Of a DNA stretch of 64,000 bases, positions 30,269-38,682 are shown one piece after another (position 1 is the first letter of the stretch; every line of letters starts with the position of its first letter). The DNA is from an uncultured Verrucomicrobiae bacterium (GTDB lineage Bacteria; Verrucomicrobiota; Verrucomicrobiia; Chthoniobacterales; Terrimicrobiaceae), in the NCBI GenBank assembly GCA_963706955.1, contig CAVPOC010000008.1, positions 256,001-320,000 of the forward strand, read 5' to 3'. The position numbers were made by a program, and so were the translations under genes. The notes below the pieces were generated by a model. It saw nothing but the letters and a program-made list of their open reading frames with translations, did not search any database and was not told the DNA's origin.

Positions 30269-31767
30269 TTGTTTGCGGTGGGGAAAGGGTTGCTCACCTC
30301 GACCTTGGATCGACGGTCGACGACTTTTTGTTCCTTAAGTTTTTCTCCCACGCCTTGAAGTTGTCGCATCTCGGTGTCGCTATGAAACTCGATACGATTG
30401 GGATGAAGCTCGGCGCGTTCGAAGAGCGTGCGCTTGATCTCCTTTGAAATCGAACTCTCCTCACCGCCATCGGCCAGGCAAACGTGCAAAACCAGCTCGT
30501 CGACCTCCATCGGATCATCGTTTGCCTTGCAGAGCTCGATCTGCCAGGAGCCCACGTGCGGCATATCGTCCAGGACATGCTCGAGCTCGTTGAAATCAAC
30601 GAGGGTGCCTTTGACCTTGTCGAGTTGCATCTCACGAAAGTCCGACCGCCGTGATATCCTTCCCAAGAGTCGCGGCATGGTGCGTCCGCAATATGGACAC
30701 GGTTCGTAGCTCAGACCGCCTTCGATAATGTCGCCCGTTCGGTAGCGCAAAACCACGGATCCGCGGGAGTCGAGCGATGTATAGACGATTTCGCCCGGTT
30801 GGCCGTCTTCGCAGAGGGCTCCGGTCTCTGGATCGACGACTTCGACGATACCCAGATCGGGATAAAGGTGGTAGCCGGACGGCTCCGCCCCCACCGGAAA
30901 GAGACACTCGCACCAGGCCATCTTCGCCTCGGTAAAGCCGTAAGTTGAGATGACGTCAATGTCTTCGGCCCCCACTTGAGAGGCGCACTCCTGAAGCTTC
31001 CGTCGCAATCCTTGCGGGACCTTCTCCCCACCGAGGACGACGCCTCGTAACTTGTCGCAGCGCACACCATCGAGCGCAGCTTCCCGGAGAACGTGGTAAA
31101 CAAATGTCGGCATGCCGATGAGGACATCGGGATTCACCTTCCGGAGCATGCGAATATTGCCATCGGTTCCAACCGTTTTTCCTCCGCCAGAACTTAACAT
31201 GAAGACGCCAAATGCTGTTCCGGCGTAATGGGTCTGCCAGAAGGCGAGATGGGGCGCGAACGGAAACATGTTGAGCATACGATCACTGCTGCCAGCACCG
31301 GCAAGCTGCATGAGACGAAAGCCCGCGGTTCGCAGGAGAGCGAGGTCGTGAGCAGTGTAAACAAAAGGAACCGGATCGGACGACCGTCCTGTCGTGCTCG
31401 TCATGAAGATTGGCCGAAACTCGCGATCCAGCTCCCGTCGAGTTCGACTCACTCCCCTCAGGAGACCGCGAAGAATCGTCAAGGGACGTCGCGCGAGTTG
31501 CTTTGGATCTGGAGCGATAACAAATCCCCGGGTCTTCTCCGCCCCGCCCGCCAAGTCTTTTTTGGAGGTAAAGGGAATTTCTTGAAGATCCTCGAGTTTT
31601 TCGATGACCCGCCAAGTAAGCCCGTGCTGGCGAAAGAGATCTTGATAATGCGAATGGAATGGCAACACCACGTCGCGCAGGTAGGTGCGAAGCTGCTTCG
31701 CTTGCAGCTCACGAAGCGTCTGCCTAGGCAACTTGTGCCAACAAGTCTTGAGTCGTTTGGCGTTCAT
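30265..31767 (-). CDS. Phenylacetate-CoA ligase (PaaK)-family adenylate-forming enzyme
   Basis: IPFTSKKDL, TSTTGRS, LGGE, STYGFTEA and LRYRTGD motifs. Confidence 0.85.
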   Translation of the reverse strand: MNAKRLKTCWHKLPRQTLRELQAKQLRTYLRDVVLPFHSHYQDLFRQHGLTWRVIEKLEDLQEIPFTSKKDLAGGAEKTRGFVIAPDPKQLARRPLTILRGLLRGVSRTRRELDREFRPIFMTSTTGRSSDPVPFVYTAHDLALLRTAGFRLMQLAGAGSSDRMLNMFPFAPHLAFWQTHYAGTAFGVFMLSSGGGKTVGTDGNIRMLRKVNPDVLIGMPTFVYHVLREAALDGVRCDKLRGVVLGGEKVPQGLRRKLQECASQVGAEDIDVISTYGFTEAKMAWCECLFPVGAEPSGYHLYPDLGIVEVVDPETGALCEDGQPGEIVYTSLDSRGSVVLRYRTGDIIEGGLSYEPCPYCGRTMPRLLGRISRRSDFREMQLDKVKGTLVDFNELEHVLDDMPHVGSWQIELCKANDDPMEVDELVLHVCLADGGEESSISKEIKRTLFERAELHPNRIEFHSDTEMRQLQGVGEKLKEQKVVDRRSKVEVSNPFPTANK

Positions 31768-33613
31768 GAAGGGGTGCGTTGATGAGCTTCCGAATCTCGC
31801 CGAGCTTGGCTTCAGTTTCCTGACGGCCGAGGGAGATGTAACGTGCAGGCGCGCTGAAATCGTGCCACCGGCCTTCGCAGGAGTACGGTCTAAGCACTAC
31901 GTTTGCCTTGCGGCAGGATGCTTCCGCAAGACGTGTCTGCGCCGCATGCATACTGCGCATCAAAGTATCAAAAGAATTGCCACTCGCGAACGGATTCAAC
32001 CACGTGTTGAGTGCGCGGTGCCATGTCCTCCCGGAAGGTTCAGTGGCGGCGATCTCAGCGCTGCACGCCTTGATCGTCTGCGGAGTGGCGATGGTATTCA
32101 CAGCGATGATCTTTCGCACGCCGATATCAGTCAAGGCATCGACCGGGAGTGGATCGCAAATCCCTCCGTCGACATAGGGCACGCCGCCCCGCAGCACCGG
32201 AACGCAAATTCCCGGGATCGCCAGACTGGCCAGAACGGCATCGACGACGCTCCCACTCGAAAGGACCACGCGTTCGAGGGTATCGAGGCGCGTTGCGACG
32301 ATGCGGATTGGTCGTGCCATATCGGAGAAGTGAAGCGCGCCGATGGTTGCCTCGAGCCGCTTGCGCACGCGATTAGTCAGTAGGAAGCCGCGGCGTGGAA
32401 AGATCGCCGGATCCATTAGGCTCCAAAGACCTCGATAGCCCTCAATCTCGCGCGCGAACCCTTCCATTTCATGACCTCCGTAGCCAGCGCCCCAAACTGC
32501 GGCGATGTAAGCGCCCATACTCGATCCTGCGACGATGTCTACCTCGATCGCATTTTCTTCGAGCACCTGAAGCACGCCCACATGCGCGAGGCCGCGCGCC
32601 GCGCCCGAGGAGAGAACGAGCCCAACCTGACACCCGCACATCTCGCGACCCAACCGACGAAGGCTCCCCGCAAATTGAGTCGCATCGCCATTCCGCAGGT
32701 AGCTATGAACTGGGCGCTGCAGTGTCTCCTCAATATAGCCGCTCAACCCGTGAGCGCTCTCCAGGCGCTCCAGAAAGACAAGGGGCTTGATGGCGGTAGC
32801 TCGATGCCCGCGCGCGTCCGCTTCGCGACAAAGCAAATTCAATTCGAATAGACTCTTTTCGTCCTGACGAAGGATCGGATAAACGGAGCAGCTGCGACCG
32901 ATGATCTCAATGAGCGCTTCGGTCGCGAGTTCCTGTGGCGCCTCGACGATTACATGCGCAAACCGGCTTTTGGCACGATCCAGCACGCCTGTCAGCGCTA
33001 CGACGAACGCATCATCACCAGGCCCGTAGACTCGCTGGATCAAGACGCTTTCGATGTCTGAGGAAGAGACAGGGATAGCGTCGATGACCGGCGTAGAAGA
33101 AGCTTTGACTTTCACACAGAGAACGGTTTCACCGGTCTCCTTGGCGATGGTCGCAGCACAAATCGAAAAAAATTCTTCGGATGGAAGATTTTCCGACAAT
33201 GGCATCAAGCAGACCATTTTGCCGGCGCCCTTGCTCTTGCCATCCGGCGAGGCGGCCAAGGAAAAGCGCCCAGCCGATCTAACCATCGCCGGCCACCTCT
33301 CCATCAGCCTGCGAATGTTCCGCTTTGACGCCCGCACAACATCGCGGTCCAGAAGTGCTCTTCGCTGGAGCCTGTCACGCCATCCGCCCTCAACGGTGTC
33401 TCGCCTTGGAAGAACGAAAGATTGCTGCGAAGCGGATGAGTCACGCAAGCCGTCCAATCCCGAGAGAGGAGAACTCTGGGGGAGATCATTTCGGATCAGC
33501 GGCTGGTCACTCGGTAAGCATTCGAGTGCGTGGTTGCGCTCCTCACCCGCGCGGCACAACTCGCCGCCGGAGAGGCCCTTTGATCGCCACCAGTTTCTGA
33601 GAGCTTTTTTCAT
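31724..33613 (-). CDS. Patatin-like phospholipase (NTE/RssA type) with a long N-terminal extension
   Basis: LVLSSGAARGLAHVGVL, GSSMG (GxSxG), ASLAIPG and DGG motifs. Start uncertain (33613 or 33703). Confidence 0.85.
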   Translation of the reverse strand: MKKALRNWWRSKGLSGGELCRAGEERNHALECLPSDQPLIRNDLPQSSPLSGLDGLRDSSASQQSFVLPRRDTVEGGWRDRLQRRALLDRDVVRASKRNIRRLMERWPAMVRSAGRFSLAASPDGKSKGAGKMVCLMPLSENLPSEEFFSICAATIAKETGETVLCVKVKASSTPVIDAIPVSSSDIESVLIQRVYGPGDDAFVVALTGVLDRAKSRFAHVIVEAPQELATEALIEIIGRSCSVYPILRQDEKSLFELNLLCREADARGHRATAIKPLVFLERLESAHGLSGYIEETLQRPVHSYLRNGDATQFAGSLRRLGREMCGCQVGLVLSSGAARGLAHVGVLQVLEENAIEVDIVAGSSMGAYIAAVWGAGYGGHEMEGFAREIEGYRGLWSLMDPAIFPRRGFLLTNRVRKRLEATIGALHFSDMARPIRIVATRLDTLERVVLSSGSVVDAVLASLAIPGICVPVLRGGVPYVDGGICDPLPVDALTDIGVRKIIAVNTIATPQTIKACSAEIAATEPSGRTWHRALNTWLNPFASGNSFDTLMRSMHAAQTRLAEASCRKANVVLRPYSCEGRWHDFSAPARYISLGRQETEAKLGEIRKLINAPLHERQTTQDLLAQVA

Positions 33614-33797
33614 CGCCACAGCGCACCGAGACCACACGCGATGCTGGGAGCACCTCCTCTCAGTCAGACCGCACCTGATCCCCGGTACGTCCTCTATTTT
33701 CAAACTAGATCTGGAACAGCACTTGTCAAAGCGCAGCCGCAGGCTGGTGTCTGTTCGGTTGCCGAAAGTCCCTGGCTTTGATTAGTTCGCCTATCGA

Positions 33798-34511
33798 ATG
33801 AAAACTCTGCGAGAGGCTTGGTCGGCGATTTGCAATTTCTCCGTGCAGCTCGAGCTTCCGCCAAGCCGCTGGAAGTATGCTTGGTCCACGCACGAATTGA
33901 GTGCTAAACGGCTCTACAATGGTATTCGCTGGCGACAACCGCAGATCATCGTGGAGACAGGCACCTTCGAGGGTCTGGGAACCTTCACGATGGCCATGGC
34001 TGCGCAGGAAAACGACAATGCGGCACGGATCTTCACCATCGACTACGACGGCGACCCTGATGTTTCAGTCTCGATGGAAGAGTGGTTGTTGCTTCGAAAT
34101 TTTCGGGACGAGAATCTCAACCGAGCACGCGCCTTGTTTCCAAAGGTGCAAATCCATTTTCTGAATGGAGACTCCAGAGAAGTGCTCCCCTCGATCTTTC
34201 CGGCGGAGATCGATCATTGGGATTTCTTCTTTCAGGATTCCATGCATTCCATGCAAGGTATCCTTGCCGAGTGGAGAATCATGAAGCCATTCGCACGGCC
34301 TGGCTCCGTGGTCGTCTTTGATGATGTTTGTCTCGATTGGAAAAAAATGCCGGAACACTTGCTCAAGGGAAACGACTTCTGCGGGCATTTCCTTCTTCAG
34401 GAGGGCTGGAAAGAGGGCTGGATGTGCAGATCAACCGCGGTCGGCCGCGCCCAGTTTTGGGCGCAACGAAACGATCGCCAACCAACTCCGCGACGAGGTC
34501 GTTGGCGATGA
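33798..34511 (+). CDS. Class I SAM-dependent methyltransferase (Methyltransf_24-like)
   Basis: VETGTFEGLGT, TID, GDS, DFFFQDSMH and PGSVVVFDD motifs. Confidence 0.8.
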   Translation: MKTLREAWSAICNFSVQLELPPSRWKYAWSTHELSAKRLYNGIRWRQPQIIVETGTFEGLGTFTMAMAAQENDNAARIFTIDYDGDPDVSVSMEEWLLLRNFRDENLNRARALFPKVQIHFLNGDSREVLPSIFPAEIDHWDFFFQDSMHSMQGILAEWRIMKPFARPGSVVVFDDVCLDWKKMPEHLLKGNDFCGHFLLQEGWKEGWMCRSTAVGRAQFWAQRNDRQPTPRRGRWR

Positions 34512-35251
34512 ACGCGTGGATCCTGACCGCATTCGGACTGAACATCGCCATGATCATGATGGCGGTGGCCTGGGCGATTGCGCGTCGCATCGGCAATGCC
34601 GGCGGCTTGGATGTCGCGGCAGCCGGCGGCTTTGCTCTCCTGGCCTGCTTCTACGCTACTGTCGGGACAGGTGATTCTCTCCGCAAGTGGCTTCTCGCAA
34701 GCATGGTCACGGTTTGGAGCCTGCGCCTCGCGCTGCTGCTTCTTCTTGACCTCGGACGAACCCATCCGCAGGAGCCGCGGCGTTATCTGGCGCTTCGCGA
34801 GAATTTCCCCAAGCGTCCATGGCTTATGCTTTTCGGATTCTCGCAATATCTGGCCGCGCTGGTCGCGGTGTTCTCCGTGCCCTTTGCTATCGCTTGCTCA
34901 AATCCTGCTCTCGGGCTAAGAAGCGTCGAAGTGGTTGCCGCGATGCTCTGGCTTTTGGCCATGTGCGCGAGCACGGTGGCCAGGGAGCCATTCCGGAGAT
35001 GGCTGTCAGAGCGGAGAGGTGCCCCTGCGGCACGCGACGCGAGTCTTTCGCGCTATTCGCTCCAACCCTCCTACTTCCCGGAATGGCTTGCCTGGTTCGC
35101 TTATTTTCTCTTTGCGCTGGGTTCCCCGTGGGGCTGGTCCACTTTCTATTGTCCCCTGCTCATGTTTTATTCTTTAACTACAGCCAACATGCTCCTTCCG
35201 CGACCGCCGGGAGTAAATGAATCCCGCTCCCCAACACCTGGAGATGCGTGA
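34508..35251 (+). CDS. DUF1295 / steroid 5-alpha-reductase-like membrane protein with divergent motifs
   Basis: Multiple TM helices, WSLRL, EPRRY and SRYSLQPSYFPEW (family consensus about WRYSRHPNYFGE). ATGA overlap with the upstream gene. Confidence 0.75.
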   Translation: MNAWILTAFGLNIAMIMMAVAWAIARRIGNAGGLDVAAAGGFALLACFYATVGTGDSLRKWLLASMVTVWSLRLALLLLLDLGRTHPQEPRRYLALRENFPKRPWLMLFGFSQYLAALVAVFSVPFAIACSNPALGLRSVEVVAAMLWLLAMCASTVAREPFRRWLSERRGAPAARDASLSRYSLQPSYFPEWLAWFAYFLFALGSPWGWSTFYCPLLMFYSLTTANMLLPRPPGVNESRSPTPGDA

Positions 35252-35385
35252 GGCGGCAAATAGCTAACCAAGAAACTCGGTGCTTAGCAGCCGCGATTAC
35301 TGACGCGCCGCCTCACGATACTCCGCAGCGCAAATTTAGAAAATTCTCGTAGGACTTTTCGGATTCGTCCTGCAAACTTTAAGCA

Positions 35386-36495
35386 ATGCCGCGCGTTCTA
35401 ATTCTAACCGCCAGCATGGGCGAGGGCCATAACACGGCCGCCCAGAACATTCAAGAAGCTCTCACAGCTGAAGCTGGCGACAAAGTCGCCGTCCTGGTGG
35501 CCGATCCTTACACACGCACAAATCCCGTCATCAACAAGTTCATCCAGAAGGGCTACACGACGGCAATCAACAACTATCCGCGCGCGTGGAAAGTGGTCTT
35601 TGAACTGCTTAGCAGGCGTGGAGTCGTCGAAGGTATGGGGCCGATGCTCGCGGAATTGACTGCCGGTGTCAGAGCGCTGATCGATGAGTTCCGTCCGGAT
35701 ATCATTGCCTCTACCTACCCCGTCTTCTCCTTCCTGATTGCCAAGATTCGCAAGCGAGATCCGTCCGTGGTCATTCCATTCTACACTGTGATCACCGATT
35801 CCACGATGATCAATTCGGCTTGGTACCGTTGTCCGTGCGACGGATCGATAGTTGCCGATGAGCAAACGGCGCGCGTCCTCCGCCAAGACGGCGTTCCTGA
35901 CGAAAGGGTCCACGTGCTGGGATTCCCGGTGGCTCAGGCATTCGAATCGCTCGAGCCCGCTTCACCACCGGAGCAGACGGGATGGAAGGCAATCTTCTTT
36001 GCGAGTGGAGTGTCGCAATTCGCCGTCACGGTCCTCACCCATCTCGGCGAAATGCCCGAACTGCAGGTGACGGTCGTCACCGGGCGGCGACAGAATGTTT
36101 TCCAAAGGCTGCGCAAAGCGGGCCTGCCGAAGTTTGGCTCGCTGGTGGGTTGGACCGACCAAATGCCGAACCTTATGACGTCCCATCACTTCTTTATTGG
36201 CAAGGCCGGCGGAGCCACCGTGCAGGAGGCGATCGTCGCACAAATTCCGTTTCTGGTAAGTCACGTTGTTCCCGGCCAGGAGGAAGGCAATATCGCGTTA
36301 ATCGAGCAAGCCGGGATCGGCGCTCTGGCAGTCGGCCATCCTCAACGCGTTCGCGACATCATCATGGGAGCGATGGGTCACGAAGGAAACTTATGGCGCG
36401 CCTGGCGAGCGAATCTCGCCGCCCTCAAGAAACCGCCTGCCTCACGGGCGATCGCCCGCTTTCTCCTAGAGCGCGCGCCAAAGGTTCGAACCTAA
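35386..36495 (+). CDS. MGDG synthase / UgtP-like GT28 diacylglycerol glycosyltransferase
   Basis: ASMGEGHN, TVITD, LGFPV, GKAGGATVQEA and PGQEEGN motifs. Confidence 0.88.
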   Translation: MPRVLILTASMGEGHNTAAQNIQEALTAEAGDKVAVLVADPYTRTNPVINKFIQKGYTTAINNYPRAWKVVFELLSRRGVVEGMGPMLAELTAGVRALIDEFRPDIIASTYPVFSFLIAKIRKRDPSVVIPFYTVITDSTMINSAWYRCPCDGSIVADEQTARVLRQDGVPDERVHVLGFPVAQAFESLEPASPPEQTGWKAIFFASGVSQFAVTVLTHLGEMPELQVTVVTGRRQNVFQRLRKAGLPKFGSLVGWTDQMPNLMTSHHFFIGKAGGATVQEAIVAQIPFLVSHVVPGQEEGNIALIEQAGIGALAVGHPQRVRDIIMGAMGHEGNLWRAWRANLAALKKPPASRAIARFLLERAPKVRT

Positions 36496-36539
36496 GCGAC
36501 GGAACTCGCCCCCCCGGTAAAGCGCACCACGATTGATTC

Positions 36540-37346
36540 ATGCTCTCACGCTTTCGTCGTTACGGTGAAGTTTACGCGATCATGCTGCGCAACTCGCTCA
36601 TTCGCGAAATGGCGTTCAAAGCGAATTTTCTGCTCTGGATGGGAGTCGAGCTGCTTTGGTTCATCGGACAGATCGTCTTCCTTGAGGTGATCTTCGGCTA
36701 TGTCGAGAGGATCGGTGACTGGACAAAATGGGAAGTTGTTCTACTGGTCGGAACGCATCAGCTGATTGCGCAGATCTTCCAAGCGTTTTTCTATTCGAAT
36801 CTTGCGAATCTCCCGGAGCTGATTCGCACAGGACGTTTCGATTTCCTGCTCCTTCAGCCGATCGACACACAATTCGCCGTCTCCACCAAACAATTCGGTC
36901 TCGATAATCTGGTCAACGCTCTTATCGGCGTTGCTTTCGTCGTGACGGCGTTAATCAAGTTGGCGGTGGTTCCCACGCTGGAGCAGGTCGCGCTCTACAT
37001 GGTGGCGATTGCCATGGGGGTCATGATCCACTACTGCGTCCTCTTCTGTCTGGCAGCCACAAGCTTTTGGATCGTTCGCTCGCAGGGCCTGATTTACGGA
37101 TATTACAGCTTGTTCAATCTTGGCCGTTATCCGGATGTCATTTATCGAGGGCTTTTCAAATTTGTCTTCAGTTGGATTATTCCCATCATCGTCGTCACCA
37201 ACGTGCCTACTCGTCTGCTCATCCGGGCGGCGGATTCCCCCGGGCCGCTGCTCCTCCAACTGATTTTGGCGACCTTGATCGTTACGGTCGGGACGCGTCT
37301 ATTCTGGTTAGCGGCGCTCAAGCGCTATGCGAGCGCGAGTTCGTGA
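36540..37346 (+). CDS. ABC-2 family transporter permease (DUF990-like)
   Basis: About six TM helices, IRTGRFDFLLLQPID, GRYP and C-terminal LKRYASASS. Confidence 0.85.
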   Translation: MLSRFRRYGEVYAIMLRNSLIREMAFKANFLLWMGVELLWFIGQIVFLEVIFGYVERIGDWTKWEVVLLVGTHQLIAQIFQAFFYSNLANLPELIRTGRFDFLLLQPIDTQFAVSTKQFGLDNLVNALIGVAFVVTALIKLAVVPTLEQVALYMVAIAMGVMIHYCVLFCLAATSFWIVRSQGLIYGYYSLFNLGRYPDVIYRGLFKFVFSWIIPIIVVTNVPTRLLIRAADSPGPLLLQLILATLIVTVGTRLFWLAALKRYASASS

Positions 37347-37367
37347 GGCTTTCACGCGAGGACCTTC

Positions 37368-38132
37368 TCAGCGGAGCGCGCCGGTTTTTTTCAACAAGTC
37401 CTTCATCTGTTGCTTCGAACCTCGAAAGGCAATGAGAAAGCACATGCCATTCTCCTCGCGGATGGCGAGAACGGATCGATCCGCCTCCGTGATACGCCAG
37501 GATCCTTCCGGGACGATGCTGATTCCGAATGGCTGGGAGGCGAAGCAGTAGAAGTACATGACGTTTTCGGGAACGAGCGCTTGGGCGACCGGCTCATTAT
37601 CCACCGTAAACTGCCGCACCCCAACGACGTCAAAGCTCGCCAATTCAGCCGGCACCTGAAAATTGTCGAAGCCTTTGAGGGTGAACCAATCTTGTAATCC
37701 ACTCGCTTTCTCCTCGACGGCATCAAACTGGTTGGGAGTTGCTTTCGCGCCGGTCGCCGCAATTTTCAAGGCCTCGTTCGGAAACGTGCCGGCCCGGCCC
37801 AAGAACATCCAGACAAGCAAAGCAACCAAAAGAAGAAAACCGACGCCGACAGCGACGGCGGCGTGATTTCCCACCTGAGTTCGACCTTTCCCATGCTTTG
37901 CTGTGAAGACGCGAGCGCCTTCGTCGATTTGGGCTATGGAGTCTGAATCCAGCCGGATGCCCTCGAGATCATCGGCACAGGCCCGATCGAATGCCGTTTG
38001 CGACTCAACTTCGGCAGCAAGCGCCTTGTCTTTCGCGGCCACCAGCAGAGCTCGCTTGACCAGCGGGTCGGAGTCGTCGTGGCCTGTGGGACGACGACAA
38101 ACCAGGATCTGGCGGGCGGTTTTGGAGTTCAT
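37368..38132 (-). CDS. Putative single-pass anti-sigma factor
   Basis: Short soluble N-terminus, one TM helix (AVAVGVGFLLLVALLVWMF) and a periplasmic domain. ATGA-coupled to the upstream sigma-like gene. Confidence 0.55.
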   Translation of the reverse strand: MNSKTARQILVCRRPTGHDDSDPLVKRALLVAAKDKALAAEVESQTAFDRACADDLEGIRLDSDSIAQIDEGARVFTAKHGKGRTQVGNHAAVAVGVGFLLLVALLVWMFLGRAGTFPNEALKIAATGAKATPNQFDAVEEKASGLQDWFTLKGFDNFQVPAELASFDVVGVRQFTVDNEPVAQALVPENVMYFYCFASQPFGISIVPEGSWRITEADRSVLAIREENGMCFLIAFRGSKQQMKDLLKKTGALR

Positions 38133-38530
38133 GTGGCCATTGCCCTCTGCGCGCGAAGAGCCGAGCGCGTCTTGTCCACCGCGTCGGCGAGAAGCCTCTC
38201 GTCAAGATTTAAGACGTGTTGGATATCCGAGGCCGGCAGCGCGTCCAGGTAGAGTAACGCCAAGGCGCTGCGACCGGGCTCAGGCAGGTTGTGCAATTTT
38301 GCGCCAGTCCCTTCGAGTTCGCAGCGCGCAGGAAACTTGAGGCTGCGGCGACGGACGATTGTAAAGAACAACTGCTTCGATCGCTCGAGATCGCCCGGAT
38401 GCGGATGGCGCAAGAGCTCGTCAACGGAGTCCTTGAAGACCTTGGCAGTCCCCTCTTGACAGCCCGTCAGCACAAGCGCAAAGCGCCAGGCCGTTTCCAG
38501 AAAAAACCAGTCCTCAGGAATATCGCTCAT
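38129..38530 (-). CDS. Degenerate ECF sigma-factor-like protein
   Basis: sigma2-like [10 protein letters not shown] and sigma4-like [26 protein letters not shown]...TRSAL. Start uncertain (38530-38557). Confidence 0.6.
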   Translation of the reverse strand: MSDIPEDWFFLETAWRFALVLTGCQEGTAKVFKDSVDELLRHPHPGDLERSKQLFFTIVRRRSLKFPARCELEGTGAKLHNLPEPGRSALALLYLDALPASDIQHVLNLDERLLADAVDKTRSALRAQRAMAT

Positions 38531-38643
38531 CGGGCGCATGCTACATAGCTCGGTCAAAATGGCTTAACAAGTGTCTTGTGCAATCGAATCGTCGTCGCAC
38601 TTGCCAACGATCTGCAGAGCTGGCGGTCAAGGTCCCCGCGCAA

Positions 38644-38672
38644 TTGACTTGCCCGCCACTCCCCACCATTTT
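38644..38672 (+). promoter_or_regulatory. Possible sigma70 promoter for the phosphatase-glyA gene
   Basis: TTGACT-17 bp-CATTTT, ending 10 nt before the ATG at 38683. Confidence 0.3.
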
Positions 38673-38682
38673 TAGAGACTTC

